Shown in pieces: positions 13,900 through 26,036 of a DNA stretch of 64,000 nt. The translations under genes were made by a program, and so were the position numbers. How positions within the stretch are numbered: the stretch's first letter is position 1; each line of letters starts with the position of its first letter. This DNA comes from Octopus sinensis (Eukaryota), in the NCBI RefSeq assembly GCF_006345805.1, contig NC_042999.1, forward strand, positions 15,996,001 through 16,060,000. The letters run 5' to 3'. Under the pieces are notes generated by a model. It was not told where the DNA came from and searched no databases. It was given only the letters and a program-made list of their open reading frames with translations.

Positions 13900-14279
13900 T
13901 CTATATATATAAAGCTGAAGTGGTCTGTCTGTGGCAGATTTGGTAGCCTTCAACTAACACTATCTCCTCTGAGACCCTGCGGCGCAAGTTGACCAAAATT
14001 GAGACTATGATAGAAGAAGGCTTGCTCTTCCTTCTGTAGAAGAAAAAATTCAAATCGGACCATGTTAACACCAAAAATTATTTACATCAAAAAGGTGCTT
14101 TTTTTCTATGAAAATCCCTATTTTTTGACTGCTGTGTCGCCATTTTTCGGTGTATTTCAACCAGAAAAATGTTCACTTAAAGAGAATAACAAACTACATA
14201 ATGCAAAATTTTTACTTTTCAAAGCTTCCAATTCTAAAGGGTCGAAACAAACCCAAGCAACGCTGGGCGATACTGCTAG
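13900..14279 (+). mobile_element. Non-autonomous Helitron (family H1)
   Basis: 5' TC, 3' subterminal hairpin CCCAAGCAACGCTGGG then CTAG, inserted between A and T without TSD; second copy at 59432-59821. Confidence 0.85.
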
Positions 14280-14880
14280 TACATTAATAAAATGATGATC
14301 AAAGCTTGAATGCCTGTGATTCTAGGTTTGCTGGACTTGTATTGACCCAGGGCTAAACAACAACATCTGTTCCTATGTCCTTATCCTCAGGTTAGACATC
14401 AAACAGACACTACCAGATGATCATTCTGTAGAACTACAACCTTTTGAAATTCCCTCATTGTTCATATACTGTGTGACCCTAGGTCAGCCTGGATTGAGCA
14501 GACCTTTAATCCAACCTCAGTCATCTGGGTCTTTCCTCTCTCTCTCTCTCTAAAGAAACTAAAACCTCAATATTCAACGTAACTTTTCTAAGAGAATAAG
14601 GTGTGATCTGAAGTATCAATGTAGTAGATCCGTTGTTGGCTCATTCATTTGCATTTTGCTGCTTCCTGGTATAGTAGAAGAGAAGAAGGTAGATCAGAAA
14701 TCTCAAGCGGTCACTAACCACTACATCAATCCTTGTTTGAGGTTCAGTTGTGTGTCAGTGTTACAGAAAAGTTTCTTGAACTTCTGTGCTTTCTTAGGCA
14801 CCAATCATGAATTGAGATAATAAAAATATAAGATTGTGCCCCAGGACAGTTTTTTATGTCATTGCCTACATAACTTTTTC

Positions 14881-15322
14881 TTACAGTTCTATATTTAAAA
14901 GATGAGGAATTATGTACATTATTTACATTCAATGGATATTTGTCCTCATCTTGTTTGTTGTTAACACAACGTTTCGGCTGATATACCCTCCAAGTCTTCT
15001 TCAGGTGTCTTGGAGAAATTTCAAACCTGGGTTCTCATTCCTAAGGTACTTTTTGATGTTATTATTATTAGTATTGCTATTGTTCAGGTCACTGCTTGGA
15101 ATTGAACTCGGAATGTTGTGGTTGGTAATGCGTGCTCTTAACCACTACGCCATATGCCCAATAATAATAATAATAATAACATTGAAAGATACCTTAGGAA
15201 TGAGAACCCAGGTTCGAAATCTTTCCAAGACACCTGAAGATGGCTGGAGGGTATATCAGCCAAAACGTTGTGTTAACAACAAACAAGATGAAGACAAATA
15301 TCCATCAAATGTAAATAATGTA
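14881..15322 (-). mobile_element. tRNA-headed, Penelope-like non-autonomous element with hammerhead motif and inverted terminal-repeat copy
   Basis: Minus-strand A box TGGCGTAGTGG and B box GAGTTCAATTCC (15159-15083), then (AAT)n and a ~155 bp repeat carrying a hammerhead motif; inverted copy at 15171-15322. Confidence 0.65.
14963..15009 (-). ncRNA. Minimal type I hammerhead ribozyme motif; inverted sister copy at 15229-15274 (+)
   Basis: GACAC-CTGAAGA-[stem II ending CAGCC]-GAAA-CG-TT-GTGTT; palindromic ACGT at stem III is typical of PLE hammerheads. Stem II is damaged in this copy and intact (GGCTG/CAGCC) in the sister copy. Confidence 0.65.
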
Positions 15323-15680
15323 ACCTTCCCTTGTTCTATCCGGTAGCAGGCTTTCACTGGAAAACCTTAGCCACCTGTATTTCTAACAGTGGCACTGTAT
15401 AAGAAGTATGCTGGGAACCAGTGCATCATGCAGTTATGATATCTCCTTGTGAGAAGCCTAAACTGAATACTTCTTTTAGAGTGAACTGTATGAAAAATAC
15501 CCTGGGATCTTGAGCCTTGTGGAGTGTCAACATGTTAAGGGTTAAAACAGTAATGACTCAAAAACAAAAGATAAAGTTTTAAGTCAATAACTCAAAAGGA
15601 CCAAACAAGGACACATTCACCATTTTGGATAGTTCATTACTCTCTCTCCCTCTCTCTCCCATATATATATGTGTGTGTGT

Positions 15681-16003
15681 GAATGCACATGGCTCAGTGG
15701 TTAGAGCATCGAGCTTACGATTGTGAGGTTGTGAGTTCAAATCCCGAACCGGGCTGTGTGTTGTGTTCTTGAGCAAGACACTTTATTTCATGTTGCTCCA
15801 GTTCACTCAGCTGTAGAAATGAGTTGCAACGTCACAGGTGCCAAGCTGTATCGACTTTTGCCTTTTCCTTGTATAACACTGGTGGTGTGGAGAAGGAAGG
15901 CCGGTAAGCATGGGCGACTGCTGGTCTTCCATAAAACAGCCTTGCCTGGGAGGGTAACTTACTAGGTGCAATCCCATGGTCAGTCATGACCGAAGGGGGT
16001 CTC
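15681..16003 (+). mobile_element. tRNA-derived SINE with CORE-like domain (family S3)
   Basis: A box TGGCTCAGTGG, B box GAGTTCAAATCC, core GTGTTCTTGAGCAAGACACTTTATTTC; other copies at 36878-37212 (-), 39142-39476 (+) and 55529-55712 (-). Confidence 0.85.
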
Positions 16004-16004
16004 A

Positions 16005-16045
<41 letters not shown>

Positions 16046-16191
16046 AAAATGTGTTGTTGAGAATGCTCCTAAATTTCAAAAACTCAGAAATGTTTAAAAT
16101 ACATTTATTTACATATGTACCAAACTAGTTTCAACAATATTTTTTGTTTATCAATGGTAAAAGTTTAAAATTAGAAAACCATCTTTAAAAG

Positions 16192-16290
16192 TTTCAATGT
16201 TGACAAATTAAAATGTTTCAATCTTGACAAATTAAAACGTTTCCATCTTGATAAATTAAAATATTTCAATGTTGATAAATTAACATATTC
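16192..16290. repeat. 24 bp minisatellite, about 4 copies
   Basis: GTTTCAATGTTGACAAATTAAAAT unit repeated. Confidence 0.85.
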
Positions 16291-16360
16291 AAAACAGAAG
16301 GTGTAAGTTTCAATGTTCATAACAGTCAATAAAATTAAAACTGTATATCAATTTGTTATA

Positions 16361-16500
16361 TATATACAAAATTTAGAGGACTGACCACTAAAAGTGGACA
16401 GCCTATATGCTAAACATAGATGTCAAATCACCAATTGACGTCTATGTTGAGCATATAGGCTGCCCACTTTTAGTGGTCAGTCCTCTAAATTTTGTATGTA
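16361..16500. repeat. Fold-back hairpin, ~66 bp arms, 8 nt loop
   Basis: ACAAAATTTAGAGGACTGACCACTAAAAGTGG... and its reverse complement. Confidence 0.9.
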
Positions 16501-16691
16501 AAACAATTTTAATCTTCAGGTTTTTTAAAATATGCTAAGCCACTGGTTTTAATTGATTAATATCAGTTTCGATTTCTATCCTTATTTAATGTATATATAC
16601 ATACTTACACTTGCACATGTATGTGTATATGGAAAGGGTGTTTAAGCTAAATTTGAGGTTTTTTAATGTCTCCTTGTTTTTTTTTTTTCAG

Positions 16692-16880
16692 AAACAGCTT
16701 GATGCATTGGTGAACAGTCAACAGCGTTGGAGAGCATTAAGATTAAAACTGTAGTTGAGAAAAAGTTAGCTGACATGGAAGACTGGAAGCCATTTGAATT
16801 TTGTAAAAGAGTTACCTGCCAGGTATCAAAATGCTGACACTGTGACTGCTGTTTAATGCTCTGCAAACATTGTAAAGGCT
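16692..16880 (+). other. Putative internal (5' UTR) exon of the plus-strand gene
   Basis: Strong acceptor (long T tract then CAG at 16689-16691), unique sequence, donor GCT|GTAAGT at 16881; only short ORFs (e.g. MEDWKPFEFCKRVTCQ). Confidence 0.35.
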
Positions 16881-17081
16881 GTAAGTCATGACATGGACAG
16901 CTGCAATTGCGGCCCCCAAACCATGGCTAGCAAGAAGGGACACAGAAGGCATCCTGACTGTCTGCATGCCTGTAATTCTCTGCAGCCCTATTATTAATAT
17001 AATTTCAATGTGATGCATTTAGCATTTGTTATTTTTCTTTGGAGACTATTCCTATAGTTTAGTTCACAGTAAAGTCATGTA

Positions 17082-17591
17082 CCATAAATCCTCAAATATA
17101 GTCCGCCCTTGAGTATAATACGCAGGGGATTTTTACTGTGAAAAACCTAAACCTTGTGTATAATACACACCCCTTCTCTAACTTGAGTCAAGGAGGTCTA
17201 TATAACGTCCTTGGTTTGTAAAAATGTATACGGTAACGTCCTTTATTATTATTGTATATATAACATAATGCAAACGTGTAGCTTTTTTGTGCATTTTGTT
17301 TGCAGAAAATAAAGAAATAACAGTAATAATAGTAATAACATTTAATAAATGTTACTTACTGCATGTTATGGATGATTCTTTTATGACATCATTGCTTTCA
17401 GACTTAGCTTAAGGTATTTTCGTGCCCGACATCACAAAATGCGTCTGAATAAACATTGCCGGACAGCAAATAGGGTGTCGGACATTGCTTAGAAAATAAT
17501 TTTCATTTTTAACCTCGTATATAGTATGCCCTAGGGATTTTGACCTTTAAAATTTGGGAAAAAAATGCGGATTATACTTAAGGATTTACGG
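17082..17591. mobile_element. pogo/Tigger-like MITE
   Basis: TA-CCATAAATCCTCAAATATAGTCCGC ... GCGGATTATACTTAAGGATTTACGG-TA: TIRs with TA TSD. Confidence 0.8.
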
Positions 17592-19857
17592 TATTACAAA
17601 TTAATAAAGTCATTTAGAGTGTAAGATAAAAAAAAAATAAATAAACTTGTAGTATTTGTTCCAGTACTCAGAGCCATGAGTTCGAATCCTGCCAAGGTCA
17701 ACTTTGCTTTATATCCTTTGTGGGTCAATAAAAACGAGCTGTGAATTGGCAGAAGCATGAGGCAGTCAGACCAGATGCCTTACAGTATTTGTTCCAACTC
17801 TTTGCATTCTGAGTTCAAATCCCACTTTGACCTAGTTGTATAGTAGACTTCATCCATCACTGAGTTTAGCCCCTGGGATCTTGGGCAATTTTCGTAGACC
17901 CTATCCTACTGGAAGCATTCAGGGGAGAATTCCAATTTCGAAATACCTACCCTGCCCCCATTAATCTTGGAGGTCCACTATGCCTTGTCTACAAATATAC
18001 GATATAAATAAAAACACACATTACATTTTTGTTGTTTCACTTTGCTTTTTGATATATATAGATATGTGTATACATATAGATGCATATCTAGATATGTATA
18101 TATTGAGAACTGCTGAGATATATCATCACCATTCTTTATCCTCATCATCATCATCATCATTTAAAATTCACTTTTCCATGCTTGCATGGATCGAATGAAT
18201 TCATTGAGGCAAATTTTCTGCAGCTGGACACCCTTCCTGTTGCCAACCCTCACCTATTTCCATATATGTATATATTTCCTCATGGCCTGAATGTTTTTAC
18301 AGATGACTGGAAGTAAAGGATAGATGATGGGCTTCGTTCAGTTTCTGTCCACCAGATCCACTCACAAAGCTTTGGTTGGCTCCAGGTTATAGTAGAAAAC
18401 ACTTGTCCAAGATACCACATGGTGGGACTGAACCCAGAACTGTGTGGTTGAAAAGCAAACTTCTTACCACACAGCCCCACCTACACCTATACGTTATATT
18501 CTTTTCTTTGTTGACACATTTAACGTGTCCTGGATACAATATGTTCTTTCAAATCCTAGCAGAGAGAAAATAAAATTATTTTATTTCCATTCTGATGAGG
18601 CTTCGCTCACTGCTGTAAAATGAAAAACCTATGGGGAACTAATAGAAATTATAGCTTGGAAATCTGGCACAAACAAAAATCCGAAGACTCCAATCGCTGG
18701 TAACACAATAGTGCTAATAATAAAATTAAAATATCTTTGTTTCTTTTGTGGTTTTCGATGTATTTTTTTCATTGAATTCATATTAAAACTAATAATTAAA
18801 TATTGTAAAATGAGAAAATCTATCAATGCAACCACTACTATATAAGCTTGTGTTTGTGTGCATGCGTGAGCTGTGTTCGATATATAATTTAAACAGCAAC
18901 TCTAATTTCCTGCCAGACTTTTGCTGAAGTATGAAAAAAAAAAAAAAAAATCATAAATAAATAAAATAAATCAGTAAAAAAAAAAAAATCTGATTACGAT
19001 CAATCAGTTTTGGGCTGTCTTCGTTTAGTATATAGCACGAGTATAAAAGTGATAATATAAAACAACAGCAACAATACTAATAATATGTGGGAATAGATGG
19101 ATGTTAAAGCATTAAAGATATCTTTGAAAATCAATAGTCTAACAATAATATGATACGCTCACATAGCTATTTACAAACAAATGAATAGATATATGAGTAG
19201 TGTGTAGGGGTGTGTGCATATATGTATGTATGAGTGTGTGTGTGCATACACATTCTCATATTTCTATACATGTATGTAAGCATGTCTACACATATGTGTA
19301 TATATGTGTGTTGTATGTATGTATATGTAAATATATAATATATATGTGAGTATGTATGTACACATCATATGTATGTATGTGTGAGTATATACACATATAT
19401 GTATGTGTGTAAATATATATATATACATACATTATATATATATATATACACACATACATATATATTTATACATACATATATATTCATCTATATATATATA
19501 TATGTACATATATATATCTCTATATATATATACATATATATATACATACATATATATATATATACATACATACACATATATATATATATTTATATATATA
19601 TACATATATATATACATACATACATATATATATATACACACATATATATATATACATATATATACATAAAAGTGAGTTTGGAGAGATATATTGTCTGGGC
19701 GGATACTGTGTTAGCTCTCAGTTGGGGTCCAGATGTCAGCTAACCACAATCGTCAGTATCCAATGTTTGCGTCCACAATTATTTGTTGGTCACACCATGA
19801 ATTCTTCCATTGAGTAATTCCGTGTGTCCCAGGAGTGTATTTTACTATTAATAATAA

Positions 19858-20151
19858 TAATGAGTATGGAGACTTGTACATCCACAGAATTTATTTTATA
19901 GTTATGTATACAACATATATTGCAATGACCTACATGTGTTTCCGCTGCAGCGAGTACTCACGGTTGCAAATGCAACCTTGCAGTATTGTTGGTGAAGAAG
20001 ACAGACCTTAATGAAACTGCGCTGACAATATTGTAAAGGTGCATCTGCAACAGTGAGTAGTTGCTGTGGCAGAAACATGTATAGGTCATTGAAATATGCT
20101 GTTTATAACTATAAGATGAATTCTGTTGATGTACAAGTCTCCGTACTTATT
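19858..20151. repeat. Diverged fold-back inverted repeat, ~135 bp arms
   Basis: GTATGGAGACTTGTACATC... versus ...GATGTACAAGTCTCCGTAC. Confidence 0.85.
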
Positions 20152-20179
20152 GAAATTGAAATCAAATTCGATGATAGCA

Positions 20180-20645
20180 CTGCAAGACTGGCATCCGTGC
20201 TAGTGGAGTGCTAAGAGCATCATCCAAGCAGGATCATTGCCAGGGCTACTGACTGGCCTTTGTGCTGGTGGCACATAAAAAGTACCATGTAAGTGTGATC
20301 GTTACCAGTGTCTCCCTACTGGTAATTGTGCTGGGGGTATATGAAAAACAACATTCGAGTGAGGGCGTTGCCAGTGCTGCTGGAGTGGCTCCTGTGCATG
20401 TAACACGTAAAAACACCATTTGAGCATGGCCGTTGCCAGTACCGCCTGACTGGCCCTCGTGCCGGTGGAATGTAAAAGCACCCACTACACTTTTGGAGTG
20501 GTTGGCATTAGGAAGGGCATCCTGCCATAGAAACTCTGCCAGATCAGATTGGAGCCTTGTGCAGCCATCTGGTTTACCAGTCCCCTGTCAAACCGTCCAC
20601 CCCATGCCAGCATGGAAAGTGGACGTTAAATGATGAATGATGATG
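20180..20645 (+). mobile_element. RTE-clade LINE 3' UTR fragment
   Basis: Family match with (GAT)n tail; further copies at 36018-36490 (-), 36590-36840 (+), 41170-41475 (+), 43325-43585 (-), 55090-55445 (-) and 63710-63905 (+). Confidence 0.75.
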
Positions 20646-20699
20646 ATACATATATATGCATATATATACTTCTATATATATTTGATTAATGAGAGAGAT

Positions 20700-21540
20700 G
20701 GAAGATATGAGAATGTTTATTGATCCATACAACTGTTTTGACCCATCTAACATAATCCTTCATAAGTGGGGTCCTGAACAATTGGTTTAGGAGCATCCAT
20801 CAGTGTAGATGTGTCTCTTCAGGTGATTACAAGTTATATCTCGTTAAAATAACGTCTGTTCCACAAGTTTTCTTCTCAGCATGTGTATACAAAAACAGCA
20901 AGTTAAGGATACAGGTTCCCTATTATAGAAGATCAATAAAAATCAGATGCAAAAAGAAATAAAAATACACAATACAGGGAAAAAGTATTAAGCGTAACTG
21001 TTAGCAGATATGGATATATAAACACCCTCACTTAGGTTGTAAAGTGCATGTACACTTGCTCATACAAACTTACACAAAGATATATGCATATGTACATGTG
21101 CAGTTTGGTGCACATTTGCTCAAACAGAATTAAAATAATACTTTGTGTTTATAAGAATGGGGAGGTTGCAGTTAATTTATCCATACCATTAGGTAAATTA
21201 TGGTTATTAATTTGGTTAACGATTACTCAAAATCATTTTCACTGCATCGTGTGAAAGTGCATTTATAAGAATGTAAACATTTTGACAGTCTTCTAGAAAT
21301 CCCTTTAATGACCTTTTCGTTGGTCCACAAAATAGACAAAGATTCCTCGGAGCAGAGTCTGCATCTTCTGGAAAGGATGTACGGTTGTGCATTCCTTATT
21401 ATTGACCAAGTTATATCATATTTCAGCTTTTCCTCCTTAAGTCACCACACAAAATTAACCAAAGACGTTGAATGTCTCTTGATCTTCCTGGAATTGGTGA
21501 TATGGTTGTGATAACAATTCTTAAATGAATGAGCCATTGC
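20700..21540 (-). mobile_element. Penelope-like retroelement remnant (GIY-YIG endonuclease C-terminus and 3' region)
   Basis: Minus translation of ~21535-21320: FKNCYHNHITNSRKIKRHSTSLVNFVW*LKEEKLKYDITWSIIRNAQPYILSRRCRLCSEE, matching the PLE pattern FKxRYxNH..ST.LS..W.LK..Y.I.W.I..A.PY..C.LC..E; degenerate hammerhead downstream at 20723-20827. Confidence 0.75.
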
Positions 21541-21689
21541 CCCAATGCAAACAGTCTCGTATTTTCCATCTTCTGTCTGTTTCATTAATCAAATGCCCAA
21601 TGAACGCTTTGAAACTGAACATGCTGCTTTACCAGTAAGCTACCAGGTGTATACCATTCAATTTATTATCCAATGATATATATGTATAA

Positions 21690-22030
21690 AAAAATTTTTT
21701 TTCTGTAATGAGATAAAAAAACCCAAGGCAGTGTAGATTTTAGAACATTTATAAATAGGTCTTACAGCTGTTTCTAGGATATTTATTATATCTCTTCATT
21801 GGAGATGGTGTGAGAGGATGGTTAAGCAATAGTAAATTTAGATAAGATATGAAGTAGGAAGCGAGATGGACACAGTGTTAGGTTTTTTTATGTCATTACG
21901 GAAAAAAAATTTTCTATACACGCTGATATATGACCTACATTGGACCCCTTATTCACATAATCACCGAACCTGGAACTCGACTATGGTTTATCCATAGCAC
22001 TTATTCAGCATTACCTGACAGCTTTACCTT
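21690..22030 (-). mobile_element. PLE-type terminal repeat family with hammerhead motif (21759-21806); related copies at 62915-63180 (-) and 29690-29845 (+)
   Basis: Shared ATATCCTRGAAACAGCTGTAARACC segment and flanks. Confidence 0.6.
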
Positions 22031-22108
22031 TCATAACCTATATATATATATATACACACATACATACTCTTACATGTATATGTATATATATATATGCATA
22101 TATACATA

Positions 22109-23015
22109 TAGGGGTTGGACAAAATATTGGAAACACCTAGCATCATATTATCATAATTTTGATATATCTATAAAACCATCAAAAGCTTGTTTATTTTTCT
22201 GTTTTTTTTTTATTATTAGTGTTGCTTAAATTACTGTTTCTTTTCAGATATCATCAGAAAAGGGAAATTAAAATTCATTAAAATGACAGATCTGTCACTA
22301 AAATGACAGATCTGTCACTAAAATGACAGATTGGCAGGTGCTAGCATAATGACAACAGCAAAAGTGTTTAGTGTATTAAGAAGTACTATCTCGAAAGTAA
22401 TGACAGCTTTGAGAAAGAAGGAAAAACCTCCTCGTCGAAACAAAACTCCAGAAGGAAACCAAAGCTTTCAGATAGGGACCGTCAGTCTCTTACACGAATT
22501 GTTAGAAAGGATCACAAAAGTACAGCTCCCAAAATTACTGCAGAGTTTAATGACAACCTTGGGAACCCAGTTTCCACGAAAAACTGTTTGGCAGGAGCTG
22601 CACAAAGCCAGATTTTACAAGAGGGCTTCAATCAGAAAACCACTACTTCCAAAAACAAACGTTGCAAAGCATTTAGAGTGGAGTAAAAACCTACAGAATT
22701 GGTCCCTAGAGCAGTGGAAGAAGGTTATTTTCTTGGACGAGTCATCCTTTACCTTATTTCTGACTACCGGCAAAGTATACGTGTGGAGATAGCCAACAGA
22801 AGCATTTGACCCAGATTGCCTTCTTCCAACTGTTAAACATAGAGAAGGATCTGTGATGATCTTGGGGAGGGGCTATATCTTGGAAATCTGCTGGCTCAAT
22901 GGTTTCTCTTCATGGCAGAAATAATAGTCAATACTATTTATGTATTTTATCTGATCAAATTCATCCTACGGTTCTGGAACTGTTTCCAGAGGGAAATGCA
23001 ATCTTTCAGGATGAT
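22109..23015 (+). mobile_element. Tc1-like DNA transposon, 5' two-thirds, with decayed transposase
   Basis: TIR GGGGTTGGACAAAATATTGGAAACACC after TA; ATG at 22283; frameshifted motifs RKPLL..KHLEW..W..VIFLDES, TVKH..SVMI and FQDD. Confidence 0.92.
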
Positions 23016-23361
23016 AGTATTTCTTAATACACTAAACACTTTTGCTGTTGTCATTATCCTAGCGCCTGCCAATCTGTCATTTTAATGACAGATCTGTCAT
23101 TTTAATGAATTTTAATTTCCCTTTTCTGATGATATCTGAAAAGAAACAGCAATTTAAGCAACACTAATAATAAAAAAAAATTACAAAAATAAACAAGCTT
23201 TTGATGGTTTTATAGATATATCAAAATTATGATAATATGATGCTAGGTGTTTCCAATATTTTGCCCAACCCTATATGTATATATGCATATAATATATATA
23301 TACATATACATGTAAGAGTATGTATGTGTGTATATATATATATAAATAGGTTATGAAAGGT
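23016..23361 (-). repeat. Inverted duplication of 22026-22388 (Tc1 left end plus ~85 bp outer flank)
   Basis: Direct reverse-complement match including ACCTTTCATAACCT outside the TIR. Confidence 0.9.
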
Positions 23362-23522
23362 GGTTGGTATTAGGAAGGGAATCCAGCTGTCAAAACTAAG
23401 CCAAAAGAGATTAGGGAACCTGGTGTGGCCTTTGGACTTGCCAGCTCCTGTCAAGCTGTCTGACCCATTCCGGCATAGAAAACAGAAGTTTTAATGATGA
23501 TGGTGATGATAAATATATACAT

Positions 23523-23748
23523 AAGGGAGTTGGACAAAATAATGGATACACCTTAAAATTCCAAACAAATTTATTTTAATATGGGGTAGGACTGCCTTTG
23601 GCAGTAATTACAGCTTCAATTCTATGAGGTATGGACTCATACAAAGTTTGAGTTGTTTCCACAGGAATTTTTGTCCATTCTTCAGCTAAAACAGTCTCCA
23701 GTTCTTGTAGCGATGATGGTGGAGGATATCGACTCCTTACTTGTTTTT
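23523..23748 (-). mobile_element. Tc1 transposase C-terminus and right TIR, inverted
   Basis: KQVRSRYPPPSSLQELETVLAEEWTKIPVETTQTLYESIPHRIEAVITAKGSPTPY*; TIR GGGAGTTGGACAAAATAATGGATACACC. Confidence 0.9.
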
Positions 23749-24244
23749 ATAATGCTGAATGCTTTTTACATGGCACCAGCACCAATGCAATTTACATGAC
23801 ACCTGCATCAATACTTTGAATGTGACACCTTGTTTTTAGCAAATAAATTTTGTGATGGTAGACAGGTCTTCTGGAGCACAGCAATATGCCATATATCTCA
23901 ATCCTTTGTAATCTCTTTTCCAAGGCTCAGCACATTGAGATCAGCTTTCAATACTTTGTCCCATCTTCCTAGGTCTCCCTCTGCTTTAAGTGATCAGCAC
24001 TTCATGCACCTGTCCTCGTCCACCTGTATCACATTAATCAAACCAACACAACCTTCTCTCTTGCATACTACATCTAATTTCTCTTAACAGCAGCCTCTGA
24101 AGGCCACAGGGTTACATAATCAGACTGTTACTTAACACTTCATTGAACCCCTAGTGTGAAACCAATTGGTTAGACTGGCTGTAATGGATATATAATACCG
24201 TACACTTCAATATATGTATATATATATATATATATACATACATA

Positions 24245-24289
<45 letters not shown>

Positions 24290-24326
24290 ATATATATGTA
24301 TGTATATATATATATATATATGTATA

Positions 24327-24375
<49 letters not shown>

Positions 24376-24954
24376 TCAAAGATCTTTATATCTACATATC
24401 TATAACAACAAAGATAATCTATGAAGAGACTGCCCCATTTACACTCCACTGGTGAGTAAGTGATTCATCATATTGTTCACCACACATTGAGTTCTGTTTG
24501 AACACTGGGCCACTTGATCTTTGCATCTTGCTTACTAAATCGTCTGTGAATGTGTGTATATGTGAAAACATGTGTGTGTGTTTTGTATGTTGCAGTGAAG
24601 TGGAGCAAATGTAATTGATCAAGTTGCAGATGTAAGTCAAATGACATGGTGATAATGACTTTTGGTGTTATCACAAAGCAAGTAAGTATATCAAATATAA
24701 ATAATGATAAAAATATAGCAAATGAATATAATTAAATGTGTTTGAAGTGTCTCAGATAGCTATGGCATATAATCTAAGTTCAAATTACATGACAAATAAT
24801 GTGTGTGTGTGTGTGTGTGTGGATACATGTATTTCATGTATGCATGTGTATTTATGTATGCACGTTGGTAGGTTTGGTGTCCGGATATGTTCATACATGC
24901 ATGCACCAATGTACAATGACACATGTTTATGCTTATATATATATGTGTGTATCC

Positions 24955-25101
24955 AAGTTCAAATTCCGCCGAGGTCGACTTTGCCTTTTATTATTTTGGG
25001 GTCGATAAATTAAGCACCAGTTACACACTGGGGTCGATGTAATCCCTTTGTTGGTCCTGTTTGTCCCCTCTGTGTTTAGCCCCTTATGGGTAGTAAAGAA
25101 A
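24955..25101 (+). mobile_element. tRNA-derived SINE with Meta/MESC-like core (family S2), 5' truncated
   Basis: Core similar to GTCGACTTTGCCTTTCATCCTTTCGGGGTCGATAAATTAAGTACCAG; other copies at 35382-35609 (-), 38015-38412 (-) and 47518-47920 (-). Confidence 0.8.
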
Positions 25102-25187
25102 TATATATGTGTATGTGCATGATTATGTCTGTATATATATGTGTGTGTGTTTATATATATGTGCACATGTATATATATATAAACATG

Positions 25188-25400
25188 TTCTTTTATTCTG
25201 TTTTATTTGTTTCAGTCATTTGACTGTGGCCATGCTGGAGCACCATCTTTAGTCAAGCAAATCAACCCCAGGACTTATACCTTGTAAGCTTAGTACTTAT
25301 TCTGTTGGTCTCTTTTGCCAAACCATTAAGTTACAGGAATGTAGACACCCCAGCCTCAGTTGTCAAGTGATGGTGGGGGGGGACAAATACAGACACATAA

Positions 25401-25431
<31 letters not shown>

Positions 25432-25484
25432 CATACACATATACGATGGGCTTCTTTCAGTTTCCGTCTAGTAAATCCACTCAC
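25188..25484 (-). mobile_element. SINE family S1, partial
   Basis: Matches full copies at 42449 and 56118. Confidence 0.8.
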
Positions 25485-26036
25485 GATAATTTCAGTGTCA
25501 TGATTAGTGAAAGTGAAACCAGTTGACAAACACAATATAAGAGATATCAAAAAATTCATTAAAACCATGTAAACTGTGCACATTTTCCTTCTTTTATGTT
25601 TTATATTTTTTGCCTTACAACTCACCATGTGGAGATAATCAAAATTCCTCCTTTGTATTATGAGTGTGTGTGTGTGTTTGTGTGTGAATGTGTGTACAGT
25701 TGTAGGACCCAAGAATCTAAAGTGTAGGAAGTTTATAAGCCTTGAGCAGTTCATGGCAGGTATGAAAAATAATGTTCAGGAACAATAAAAATTTTTTGGC
25801 ATCGAAGGTTGTAGGCTTTTACTGTATGGAAGTTCGATAAAATTAAAAAATATTTCATAGCATATGGTTAGCAACTTGAGTTACTATGAATGGGAATAAA
25901 AATCCAAATTGAGGAAGCGGAGCCAGTAATATATATACATATATATATATATATATAAACCAGCTTAGAGAAGAAGAAGAAACGAAACCAAACCAAACGA
26001 ATTGAATCGAATCGACGCGAAGGCGCTCAGTCATAC

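Noticed and set aside
18583-18663. CTGATGA...GAAA with flanking ATTTCCA/TGGAAAT
   Set aside because: No pairing stem II or III; too degenerate to call
21590-21650. tRNA-like A box (TAGCTTACTGGTAAAGC, minus) upstream of the PLE remnant
   Set aside because: No convincing B box or arms
24596-24681. Possible small plus-strand exon (acceptor plus two GTAAGT)
   Set aside because: Stops in all frames; splice motifs alone are insufficient
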